From NCBI RefSeq assembly GCF_963921235.1, contig NC_086097.1:92630001-92694000 (forward strand): a stretch of DNA of 64,000 nt. The letters run 5' to 3'. The stretch is from Mobula hypostoma. Its lineage: Eukaryota. Below the pieces are notes generated by a model that worked only from the letters and a program-made list of their open reading frames with translations, was not told the origin of the DNA and searched no databases. Positions within the stretch are counted from its first letter, which is position 1. Each line of letters starts with the position of its first letter. Positions 13,170 to 23,911 of this stretch are shown here, piece by piece. A program made the translations under genes and the position numbers.

Positions 13170-13863
13170 AGTCCTTCCAGGTGAGGCAACACTTCATTTG
13201 TGAGTCTGTTGGGGTCATCTATTGCATCCAGTGCTCCCGGTGTGGCCTCCTCTACATCGGTGAAACCCGACGCAGATTGGGGGACCGCTTCGTCGAGCAC
13301 CTCCGCTCCGTCCGCCACAACAGACAGGATCTCCCAGTAGCCACCCACATCAACTCTGCTTCCCATTCCCATTCAGATATGTCCATACATGGCCTCCTCT
13401 ACTGCTATGATGAGGCTAAACTCAGGTTGGAGGAGCAACACCTCATATACCATCTAGGTAGTCTCCAGCCCCCTGGTATGAACACAGAATTCTCCAACTT
13501 TCGGTAATTCCCTCCCCCTCTCTTCCTCTATCCCTATTTCACTCTGCCCCCTCCCCCAGCTGCCTATCACCTCCCTCATGGTTCCGCATCCTTCTACTAC
13601 CCATTGTGTTTTCCCCTATTCCTTCTTCACCTTTCCTGCCTATCACCTCCCCACTTCCCCTACCCCACCCCTTTATCTTTCCCCTTACTGGTTTTTCACC
13701 TGGAACCTACCAGCCTTCTCCTTCCCACCCTCCCCCCACCTTCTTTATAGGGCCTCTGCCCCTTCCCTCTACAGTCCTGACGAAGGGCTCCGGCCTGAAA
13801 CGTCAACTCATCGTTTCCACGGATGCTGCCCGATCTGCAGAGTTCCTCCAGCCTGTTGTGAGT
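13170..13863 (+). mobile_element. Penelope-like element 3' fragment (GIY-YIG endonuclease plus pLTR)
   Basis: VIYCIQCSRCGLLYIGETRRRLGDRFVEH...VATH.N...GMN is a PLE GIY-YIG domain. It is followed by a pyrimidine-rich tract and the hammerhead-containing end. Confidence 0.92.
13773..13808 (+). ncRNA. Minimal type I hammerhead ribozyme motif of the Penelope pLTR
   Basis: AGTC-CTGACGA-A-GGGC TCCG GCCT-GAAA-CG-TC-AACT. Both core boxes are intact, helix II has 4 bp with a tetraloop, helix III is the palindrome ACGT, and helix I has one mismatch. Confidence 0.7.
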
Positions 13864-14864
13864 ATTGGATTTGTTTGTTTTGCACTGTATAAATTTCCAT
13901 TTTGTTGCTGGGTTCTTTGTAGTTTCATTGTAGAAATGCATAAAAAAAATTAATTAAAAAAAAATTATCTTTAATGTGAGAATCACAGGAAAAGAGCCAG
14001 GCCTCATGTTCCAGAACATAAAGTTCGAAACGAACAGGAACTAATGCAAAACCAATTGGATGGCTGTAGTTAGGCAAATACCAAAATTTTGGCCTTTAAA
14101 ACTGATATTGACCTAAAAGATTGCAAGTAATAATTCTGAGATATGTGTAAAGAACAAGAGATTATAAGGTGACATCCAGTCAATGAAAAGACACAGCAGA
14201 CCAGAGTCGCTGGAATCTGGAGCATAAAACAAACATTGGATGAACTGTCAGACTGGACTCCAGATGAAGAATCTCAACCCAAATTATCACGGTCCATTTC
14301 TCTCCAGAGATGATGCTTGATCTGCTGAGTTCCTCCAGCAGTTTGTTTTTTTAGCTCCTTTTGAAACAAAACTCACAGCAGAAAAATGCAGTATGCTAAA
14401 GACGTGAGTGTGAATGGAGCAGAGGATGTTTTCTGGCAAACAACAATATGCATTTAGATAGTGCTTTCAAGGTGCATTATAATTAGACAAATCCTGACAC
14501 CAAGTCATGGCAAATGGTATCTTAGTTCAGGTGTCAAAATAGCCCGGTCAAAGAGGTAAAAAAAAAATTAAGGGGAGTCTTGATCGAGGTGGAGTGTTCT
14601 GGTGAGAGAGGGAGGGCGGCGGTCATGGTGGAGTTCCAGAGTCGATGACATAGATAGACAAGGTGCGGCTGTAACTCGAGGAGAACCTGAAGGCTTGCAC
14701 TCCTATGCAATTAAGGATGAAAACTCACTAGTGAGGCCCCGAAGCCTTCAAAGATTAAAATCTAATCTCCAGGATATTTTCAAAAACCAGAAGAGAAATC
14801 ACTAGGCACTAGGTGGTGATTTGGCGATTTGAGGGTGATCATTACAGCAGTTGGTGTTGCTCCA

Positions 14865-15334
14865 ATTGTCAGAAAGTGGATCTATTCCCATTGAAAAATG
14901 GGAATTGGCAGCAAATCTTGTCTCGTGGATGCTGTATCATTAAATTCATTCAAATGAGTGCTGGACTGGTTTCTGTGGCGACAGAGGTCATCTCTTAGGT
15001 CAGTAATTCAGTGTCAAGGTCACTTCCTGAATTCCTTCTGATGATCTAGATGGATTTGATAGGAACTGCACATTATGTGCTTTTAAATCAATCAGTGTGC
15101 ATATATTGTATCACAACCGAGTGGTACATGAAAGGAGGGTTGTTATTCGTCTTCCCTCTGAATTCCCATCAACCTTTATGACTCAGAATTACTGACCTAA
15201 GAGGCGACCTCCGTCTTCACTGAAACCTGCTCAGCACTCACATGAAGGGGGTGAATTTAATGATTCAGCATTCAGCACACAAGATTGTTGGCAATTACCA
15301 TTTTTCAATGGGAACAGATCCACTTTCTGACAAT
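14865..15334. repeat. Long imperfect inverted repeat (arms of about 170 bp, spacer about 125 bp), possible ancient MITE
   Basis: attgtcagaaagtggatctattcccattgaaaaatgg... is the reverse complement of ...ccatttttcaatgggaacagatccactttctgacaat. Also ctcttaggtcagtaattc pairs with gaattactgacctaagag. Confidence 0.85.
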
Positions 15335-15884
15335 CAGAGCGACATAAACTGCTCTAACAACCATCCTACAATCACATCCACATCCTCCTCCTGCTCCCAA
15401 GGTGCAGTAATGCAACATATTACTACTCCTTGGGAGCAGGAGATGAATGAATGCCATAAACCCTATCAACTTTCAGAAGCATGCATTGGAAGACTGATTA
15501 CTTCCTGTTTGCAAAGAAACTAACACTTGAACAGCTGAATCACCACAGAATTTATCATTTGCATATTTTATTCCATATTTTCTCTCCTTCCAGTGGTAGA
15601 GTCATGTACCAGAGTCTGTTTTCAATCAACCACCTTATACTCATCCTACACTATTCTCTCCTTATGAAATCCTTCTCCTCACCTCCAGATTGCACGACTC
15701 ACTGGCACACTAGACTCAATTGACTTGCAAACACACGTTTTTAGAACGTCTGAGGAAGCTGAAACAGCCAGGGAAGGAATCCATAGTCATCAAGTCATAC
15801 CATACAGAAACAGGCCCTTGAGCCTACCTTCTTTGTGTTGACCACCAAGCACCCACCTATACTAATCCCATGTAGCAGCACTGA

Positions 15885-16472
15885 GTCCGATGTTGGAGAA
15901 GGCTCTCCCTGTTAGTTGTAGCATGCTGTGTGGACTTTGGGTGCTGTCTGAGCAGCCGGCAGTCAGTTCTGAAGCTGACCAGTCTGGTCACCTGATGCCA
16001 TCAGGGTGTTCCTCTGCACAGCCTAAAGAAAGTCACTTGCACTTAGACTGTTCCATAATGATCGATGGTTGTACTCTCAATAATTGATCATTGATGATTG
16101 AATGGTCAAGGCAAATGTGGAAGGTGAGTGCAAGCTGCCTGCCTTTTGATCGCTGGGGACAGCTCTACGACCCGAGAGGAGAAAGCCCACAGCTGTGTCC
16201 AGAGAACATTACCCAGGTTTTCTGCATTTTGGATATGGACTTGGACTATAGACTTTCTTCTTTCAGTTTTATAGTTTTTATATTCTTGTGTGGGGGTGAG
16301 GGATTTGGGGGCTGATGTGCCTGTTCAATTTTTGTTTGTTATTTTGTGCAGGGAGGGGGGTGACTTGGGGTTGATGATCATGCTGCTATTCTTTTTCTTT
16401 CTTGGTTTTGTGGCTATCTGACGAAGAACATTTTCAGAGTTGTATAATAAATTAACCTATGAACCTTTTGAA
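15885..16472 (+). mobile_element. Non-coding retroposon-like element with Rex1-type tail
   Basis: T/G-rich 3' part ending gaagaacattttcagagttgtataataaattaacctatgaaccttttgaac, similar to the tail of the Rex1 copy ending at about 52457. Confidence 0.5.
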
Positions 16473-16864
16473 CTTCAATTTACTTTGGTACAGAGGAAAA
16501 TGAATACTGCACAGTGCGACATTATTAGGCACATTTGGGAATCCGGAAAAACAGCACACACACTGATATGAACAGGGTATGGCAGTCTCTACTACACATT
16601 CACCCAGTAATATTCCCCAGATTAAACTCTCTTTGTGCATCAACTCCACCATCCTGCCTCTCAAGTACTCAAAGGGAACTTACACAACTGTTCTTTTTTA
16701 ATGTATTTCTTTTTTTAGTACTCAGGACATAACGTGCAATCTGCCCAGAGTCTTTGCTGACGCACCAAAGCAGACTCATCAATCCCATTCCTTACTTACT
16801 TCCCTATTACCTATTCCTTCTTAAAACCATCAACTCCATCACACAATTCTGCTAAGACCACGTT

Positions 16865-17230
16865 CCCCCATTACGTGTCATATCATGCATTGTGGGCAGT
16901 CATGGTCTTTCCATGCCCATGATTGTTCTTGGCAAATTTTTATACAGAAGTGGTTTGCGAATGCCTTCTTCTAGGCAGTGTCTTTACAAGATGGGTGACT
17001 GCAGCATTATCAATATTCTTCAGAGATTGTCTGCCTGGCGCTAGTGGTCACATAACCAGGACTTGTCACATGCACCAGCTGCTCCTACAATCATCCACCA
17101 CCAACTCCCATGGCTTCAAGTGACCCTGATCAGGGGCTAAGCAGATGCTACACCTTGCTCAAGGGTGACCTGTAGGCTGGCGGAGGGAAGGAGTGCCTTA
17201 CACTTTCTTTGTAAGAGACAGATCCCCATC
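16865..17230 (-). mobile_element. SINE-like interspersed repeat (copy 1 of 2) with RTE/BovB-like tail
   Basis: Colinear with 63262-63635. Contains ttcttggcaaattttt..agaagtggtttgc..tgccttc, which recalls RTE-tailed SINEs. Confidence 0.65.
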
Positions 17231-18837
17231 CTCCACCAATACCTACCCACCCAATAAGGGATAATTTACAAGAATCAACTGACCTACCAAACAGCACATC
17301 TCTAGAACGTTGTTGGAAACCACAGCAGTTGAGGGAAACATGCGTACTCCACAGAGACGGCACAAAGTTCAGGAATGAACTCTGATGGCAGGACTTATGT
17401 AGCACAACATTATTCCATGGTACTAACTTCTGCTGGGCAATGAGACCCAATCATCAGCCTTCCACCAGTACTCTGCCCAACAATAACACTCAAGTGATAG
17501 ACAGCAAACTTTCGTTGTGCTCGTGTCTTGCCTTCATGCTCAATTACACCCAGTCTTGAAGAGTCTTTGATTTAAAATGATCAAATCATCTTATATCTCA
17601 ATCAACCCTATTGATGTAACCCCCACCATACCCATGCACCAACCAAGGTCTCTGCCCTCTTTCATCTTTGCCCCCCCCCACACTGCCCACTGCCCCTATC
17701 TTTCCTCCTTCATCCCTATCTGGAGCCATGCATCCTGCTGCCTAATTGTAAACTCTGCAGTTCCTTCCAAAAACATCGCTGCCTTCTTCGCTGAGGTGAT
17801 ATTAAAATCTACCCCTTTGACAAAACATCTTGTCACCTCCATGAGTATCCCTTCATGCAGCTTACAACAAAATTGTGCAGTGACATCCCCAGGATGCGTC
17901 ACCACCAAGTTAAGATGTTATGTAGATGATTATAGTTGCTGCTGATTGGGACGGACCCACCGTAATCCTCATACTCTCATTATATTTGGGCTCTCCATTG
18001 TAAGGACATAACATGACAAATTCAGACCAATCTCGTAACACTTTTGTTTTGCTGTACTTCTTGGTGGCCTTGGAATCAAGACAATAGCCTGTCGAGTACG
18101 AGCTTGGAACAGGGCTATTGTCTTTGCCATCCACCTATTGCCAATAAACGAAGGGAGAACGAAGGACACAGGAAGAAAAACTAATCAGATATGTGGTCAG
18201 CCGTACATATGCAGTCAGCATCAGATCTGACAAATGCTCAAGGTGTTTACAAAGAAATGTTAATAACAACGAGATTCAGAAAAACACTTCCCTGCACGAG
18301 GCAGAAAAAGAAACAAATGCACCATAAAGCACTTGCCACAGGACATTACTAAGTCCTCGCAATTAAAGTTTTGAAATATAGTCATTATATTTTTGTACAA
18401 TGTACTGCAATCAGAAAGATCCCACAAACAGCAATGTGACAATGACAGGATAATCTATTTCTGGGTTGTTAATTAAGTGTTAAACACTAGTCAGAACCAA
18501 CAAACAAGGATAGAGGGACTAGGCGAGGAAGTATGGGGAAAAGGAGGGTTCTAGTGAGGGAGTGACTGGACTTTCCCTTATGGTAGTGCTGTGAGATTCG
18601 TCAGCCAAAGACAGTTATGTGGAGCCTTGGTGTAACACGTCATAGCATCACAGGACAAACAGTTATGTTTTTTAATCTGTCACATTCACTACCTTGAGAA
18701 AGACAATCCAGCAAGCCATTATCACATTATTGGTGCATATGGGTCAAGACACATGTCATTACCAAAAGAGTGGAAAAAAATAAAAAATTACATCAAATAC
18801 ATTAACAAAGAAAGAAACCTTTTAAATTTTAAAAGAA

Positions 18838-21015
18838 CTGGGTCAGGTCACAGATCTCTCAGTGGGTGAGCATCTGGGGGACAGCGACCACCGCTCCCTG
18901 GCCTTTAACATTATCACGGAAAAGGACAGAATCAGAGAGGGCAGGAAAATTTTCAATTGGGGAAGGGCAAATTATGAGGCTATACGGCTTGAACTTGCGG
19001 GTGTGAACTGGGATGATGTTTTTGCAGGGAAATGTACGATGGACATGTGGTCAATATTTAGGGATCTCTTGCAGGATGTTAGGGATAAATTTGTCCCGGT
19101 GAGGAAGATAAAGAATGGTAGGGTGAATGAACCATGTGAGGTGGAAAATCTAGTCAGGTGGAAGAAGGCAGCATACATGAGGTTTAGGAAGCACGAATCA
19201 GATAGGTCTATTGAGGAATATAAGGTAGCAAGAAAGGAGCTTAAGAAGGGGCTGAGAAGAGCAAGAAGGGGGCATGAGAAGGGTAAAGGAACACCCTAAG
19301 GTATTCTACAATTATGTGAAGAACAAAAGGACAACAGGAGAGAAGATAGGACGGATTAGAGTTAAAGGTGGGAAGATGTGCCTGGAGGCTGTGGATGAGC
19401 GAGGACCTCAGTGAATACTTCTCTTCGGTATTCACCAATGAGAGGGAACTTGATGACGGTGAGGACAATATGGGTGAGGTTGATGTTCTGCAGCATGATG
19501 ATATTAAGGGAGAGGAGGTGCTGGAGTTGTTAAAATACATTAGGACGGATAAATCCCCGGGGCCTGACGGAATATTCCCCAGGCTGCTTCACAAGTCAAG
19601 GAAAGAAATTGCTGCGCCTCTGGTTACGATCTTTATGTCCTCATTGTCCACGGGAATGGTACCGGAGGATTGCAGGGAGGCGAATGTTGTCCCCTTCTTC
19701 AAAAAAGGTCGTAGGGATAGTCCGGGTAATTATAGACCACTGAGTCTTACGTCTGTGGTGGGAAAGCTGTTGGAAAAGATCCTGAGAGATCTATGGGCAT
19801 TTAGAGAATCATGGTCTGATCAGGGACAGTCAGCATGGCTTTGTGAAGGGCAGATCGTGTCTAACAAGCCTGATAGAGTTCTTTGAGGAGGTGACCAGGC
19901 ATATAGATGAGGGTAGTGCAGTGGATGTGATCTATATAGATTTTAGTAAGGCATTTGATAAGGTTCCACATGGTAGGCTTATTCAGAAAGTCAGAAGGCA
20001 TGGGATCCAGAGAAGTTTGGCCAGGTAGGTTCAGAATTGGCTTGCCTGCAGAAGGCAGAGAGTCGTGGTGGAGGGAGTACATTCAGATTGGAGGATTGTG
20101 ACTAGTGGTGTCTCACAAGGATAGGTTCTGGGACCTCTACTTTTCATGATTTTTATTAACGACCTGGATGTGGGGGTAGAAGGGTGGGTTGGCAAGTTTG
20201 CAGACGACACAAAGGTTGGTGGTGTTGTAGATAGTGTAGAGGATTGTTAAAGATTGCAGAGAGACATTGATAGGATGCAGAAGTGGGCTGAGAAGTGGCA
20301 GATGGAGTTCAACCTGGAGAAGTGTGAGGTGGTACACTTTGGAAGGACAAACTCCAAGGCAGAGTACAAAGTAAATGGCAGAATACTTGGTAGTGTGGAG
20401 GAGCAGAGGGATCTGGGGGTACATGTCCACAGATCCCTGAAAGTTGCCTCACAGGTAGATAGGGTAGTTAAGAAAGCTTATGGGGTGTTATCTTTCATAA
20501 GTCGAGGGATAGAGTTTAAGAGTCGCGAAGTAATGATGCAGCTCTATAAAACTCTGGTTAGGCCACACTTGGAGTAATGTGTCCAGTTCTGGTCGCCTCA
20601 CTATGGGAAGGATGAGGATGCATTGGAAAGGGTACAGAAGAGATTTACCAGGATGCTGCCTAGTTTAGAGAGTATGGATTATGATCAGAGATTAAGGGAG
20701 CTAGGGCTTTACTCTTTGGAGAAGGAGGATGAGAGGAGACATGATAGAGGTACCACTGCTCAATACAAGAGGACATGGCTTTAAGTTAAGGGGTGGGAAG
20801 TTCAAGAGGGAGATTGGAGGAAGGTTTTCTACTCAGTGGTTGGTGCGTGGAATGCACTGCCTAAGTCAGTGGTGGAGGCAGATACACTAGTGAAATTTAA
20901 GAGACTACTAGACAGGTATATGGAGGAATTTAAGGTGGGGGGTTATACGGGAGGCAGGGTCTGAGGGTTGGCACAACATTGTGGGCTGAAGGGCCTGTAC
21001 TGTGCTGTACTATTT
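18838..21015 (+). mobile_element. 5'-truncated CR1 LINE
   Basis: ORF2 pieces HLGDSDH, DKSPGPDGI, NYRPLSLTSVVGKLLE, YIDFSKAFDKVPH, FADDTK, LVRPHLE. The 3' end reads gggctgaagggcctgtactgtgctgtac. Confidence 0.92.
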
Positions 21016-21654
21016 TTTATATATATATGTTTAGTTTCATTGTGTCATTGCAATGGCATTCTTTAGAATACAGTCACAGGGATGTTTGGATGAGCATACT
21101 CGTTCGGTGCCAGAATTTGTTCAGTATTTTTTTTTTGAGCTAAAGTGGCTCTCCCTTGAGATATAACACACCAACCACTAGCTTACTCAAGTGGCCATCT
21201 ACTATGGAAGCACCATAGTCAGAACTAATTTCACCCTCAGAACTTTTTCCTTCTCTTGTAGCAATGATATTTGTGCCACTCTGATCATCTCATTGCAAAA
21301 TTGGACACAACCTGCCCTGTCCAAAAACAATACGACTGAGATTTTGAAACTGCATGTCAAGACTGCAACTTCTATGCTCTGAATGTCGAGAAGCCATAGT
21401 AATTGAGTGGTATGTTATCTCTAATCCAATGTGCTGTAGGAGCTTTTAAAGCACTACACCATTTAATTTCTGCTTTGTAGTTATTCAATTGCATCAGCTA
21501 TTTCTCCACCTCATTTCCTGCTTGGGTTGGGGAGGTTTTTCTTGCTTTGTTCAGGCTTACCCTCCCAAAAGAGTAATTATAAATGGAAAGCAGGACATCA
21601 CTGAAGACTTTAACTCATGTGGTTTCGCTTAAGGTTATGGAATTTGGGACAAAC

Positions 21655-22440
21655 TAAAAGCTGGAAAGAGAACGGGGAAATTTATGAGAATGTTGCTAGG
21701 ACTCGAGGGACTGAGTAATGAAGACAGGTTGAGCAGGTTGGGACCTTCTTCATTAGAATAGAGAAGAATGAGGGGTGATCTTAAGAGGTGTATAAAATTA
21801 TGAGAGGCATTGATAGGGTCCCAGGATTGGGGAATCAAGAACTAGAGGGCACAGGTTTAAGATGAAAGGGGAGACATTTGAAGAGTTATAAGGAAAGATT
21901 GAATAGGTTAGGACTGTATTCTTTAGAACATAGAAGACTGAGAGGAGATTTGATAGAGGTATACAAAATTATGAGGTGTACAGATCTGGTAAATGCAAGC
22001 AGGCTTTTTCCACTGAGTGTGGGTGGGACTACAACCAGAGGTCATGGGTTAGGATGAAAGGTGAAACGTTTAAGGGGAACACAAGAGGGAATTTCTTCAC
22101 TCAGAAGGTGGTGTGAGTGTGCAATCAGCTGCTGGCACAAGTGGTGCATGCAAGCTCAATTTCAATGTTTAAGAGAAGTTTGGATAGGTACATGGACAGT
22201 TGGGATATGAGGGCTATGGTCCCAGTGCAGGTCGACGGGAGAAGGCAATTTAAATAGTTTAGGCATGGACTAGATGGGCCGAAGGGCCTGCTTCTGTGCT
22301 GTCCATCTCTATGACTCTGTGGAAACTTTTCAGAGGGTGGTCAGTAGATGGAATAACCATCTACAGAAAGCTTCTGAGGCAGGTATAGTAACAATATTTA
22401 AAAAGAACTTGGAAAAATTAGAGGGATATAGGCCCAAATG
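21655..22440 (+). mobile_element. Nested CR1 3' fragments
   Basis: Two overlapping CR1 3' ends (RLRGDLIEVYKIM-type, tagatgggccgaagggcctg...ctatgactct). The younger copy sits at about 21880-22320. Confidence 0.75.
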
Positions 22441-22560
22441 CGGGCAACTATGAGTTAAATGGGAGAAATAGGGGGACTGAAACATAAATCTATCCCTTTT
22501 GATTCTAAAATGCTCAGTTCCCCTTCTAACAATTGTGTTAATAGCCAGAAGAAATTGTAC

Positions 22561-22737
22561 CTCATCAACTGCCTCCTGTGAGAAGATGAAGCTGTTGACT
22601 TGAGCAATGGCCACCACGTAGAGCACAGGACACCAGCTGAAGCGTAGGGTGGCAGTCACCAAGGTCTTGAAATACTGGCGCAGCAGATCCAATGAAGACT
22701 CCATGGGATGGGTGTAATTTTCCAAGGGGATCGGCAG
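22561..22737 (-). CDS. RPAP1: RPAP1 coding exon (177 nt, phase 0-0; last one found in window)
   Basis: [59 protein letters not shown] ([17 protein letters not shown] motif). Acceptor cttggagcag|, donor |gtacaa. Confidence 0.95.
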
Positions 22738-23911
22738 CTGCTCCAAGACAGAAAAGATTGCAAAGTGTGAAAGCACTGACAGTATACCTTCATCCTCAGT
22801 GACTTAGGGAACTCACCTATGACTTCAGAGTTTACTGATGTATCATAGACCTTTGTCCAGAAGAATCTCAATTTTAAAATTTGTCTTATCCACACCCTCA
22901 TCACTCTCAATCTCCTCTCAAACTTGGAGCTCATCAATGTTGGTCTCTTGCGTAAACTATTATTTGCCTTTTTATTCAAACTATGCCTGGACTCCTGGTT
23001 CTGGACTTCCACTGTTAATCCTCTCAGCTGCTCTGTCTTTCTCTTCTGCATCAGTCCTTTAAAACTGCCTCCTTTTCAAGTGTTGTATCTGCTGACTTGA
23101 CATATTTCTACATGGTTTGCTGTCAACATTGTTGAATTACGCTCAGGATACTTTATGCTTCAAGGCAATTTGTTTTGTCACTCTATATAGAACCACACAG
23201 TATAGAAAACAACTTTTCATCCCACTAGGCCAATGTTAAAGTCTTCGAAAATATTGTTTTTCTATTACTGTCTTGTTTTTATCTACCGTTTTATTTAATT
23301 GCCTGAGAGGAAGCCACACAGAGTTTCATTGTACCCATGTATAATGACAATAAAGATCATTCAATTCAATTCCAAATTCAATCATTCAATTCAAATCTAG
23401 CTTCTGTCGCATTCTTCCCTCCTCCATCTGCCTTTTACTCCCCCCACCCCACTTGGCTCTACCTATCACTTGCTGGTTATTGGTCCACCCCTTCTGTTTA
23501 TGTCTTTTTGCCTCTCTCCCCTCTACTCTCAGTCCAGATGGACAGTCAACTGTCCATTTCTCCCACTACATGTACAGCTCGACCCGCTGAGTTCCTCCAG
23601 CAGCTCATTGTTTTTAACCCACATTCCAGCATCTGTACTCATGTCTTTGTCTTTACCTCACAGTCCATTATATTCTACTTCGGAATTCAGAATTGAATCT
23701 CCCTTCAGATACTACGTGCTTGAGGAATGGTGACTCAGGAGAACAGCTGGCCATTTGGTGAAATGAAAATCACAAGAGAAAATACTGATGGGGCGAGTTT
23801 AAAGACTACACAGTTAGAAAGGATATTAAACAAGAAACTAGGAGCAATGGCATTGAAGTAATCATGGGATGAAGGCAAGCATGCTACGTAACTTCTTTAC
23901 CAGACCATCTA

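Larger units (their letters stand above)
3033..13961 (+). mobile_element. Full-length but inactivated L1-clade LINE (about 6.1 kb net) with four nested insertions
   Basis: 11-bp TSD aaattatcttt at 3022-3032 and 13962-13972. The 5' end is gggacttccggtaagatg. ORF1 coiled coil (3146-3436) continues after an insert as LEGRSRRHNLRI..LPE...ELDRAH up to the stop at 6712. ORF2 starts at 8513 (SWNVKGLN..KR, GGDFN, SDHAP; SLDAEKAFDRVEW, QGCPLSPLLF, YADD) and ends at 12882, with many stops and frameshifts. A-rich tail at 13942-13961. Confidence 0.93.

Noticed and set aside
17696..18134. Adjacent minus-strand ORFs as a Harbinger nuclease relic or missing RPAP1 exons
   Set aside because: No recognisable catalytic motifs, no RPAP1 similarity and no convincing splice sites.
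22738..22743. NAGNAG (GAGCAG) tandem acceptor
   Set aside because: GAG acceptors are rarely used, and the effect would be a single extra Gln.
22817..23051. Extra RPAP1 exon suggested by a strong donor AG|GTGAGT at 22817 and a 131-aa ORF
   Set aside because: No similarity to RPAP1, no strong acceptor, and the flanking exons already join as LKQ|LPIPL in line with homologues. A cryptic exon cannot be excluded without RNA-seq.
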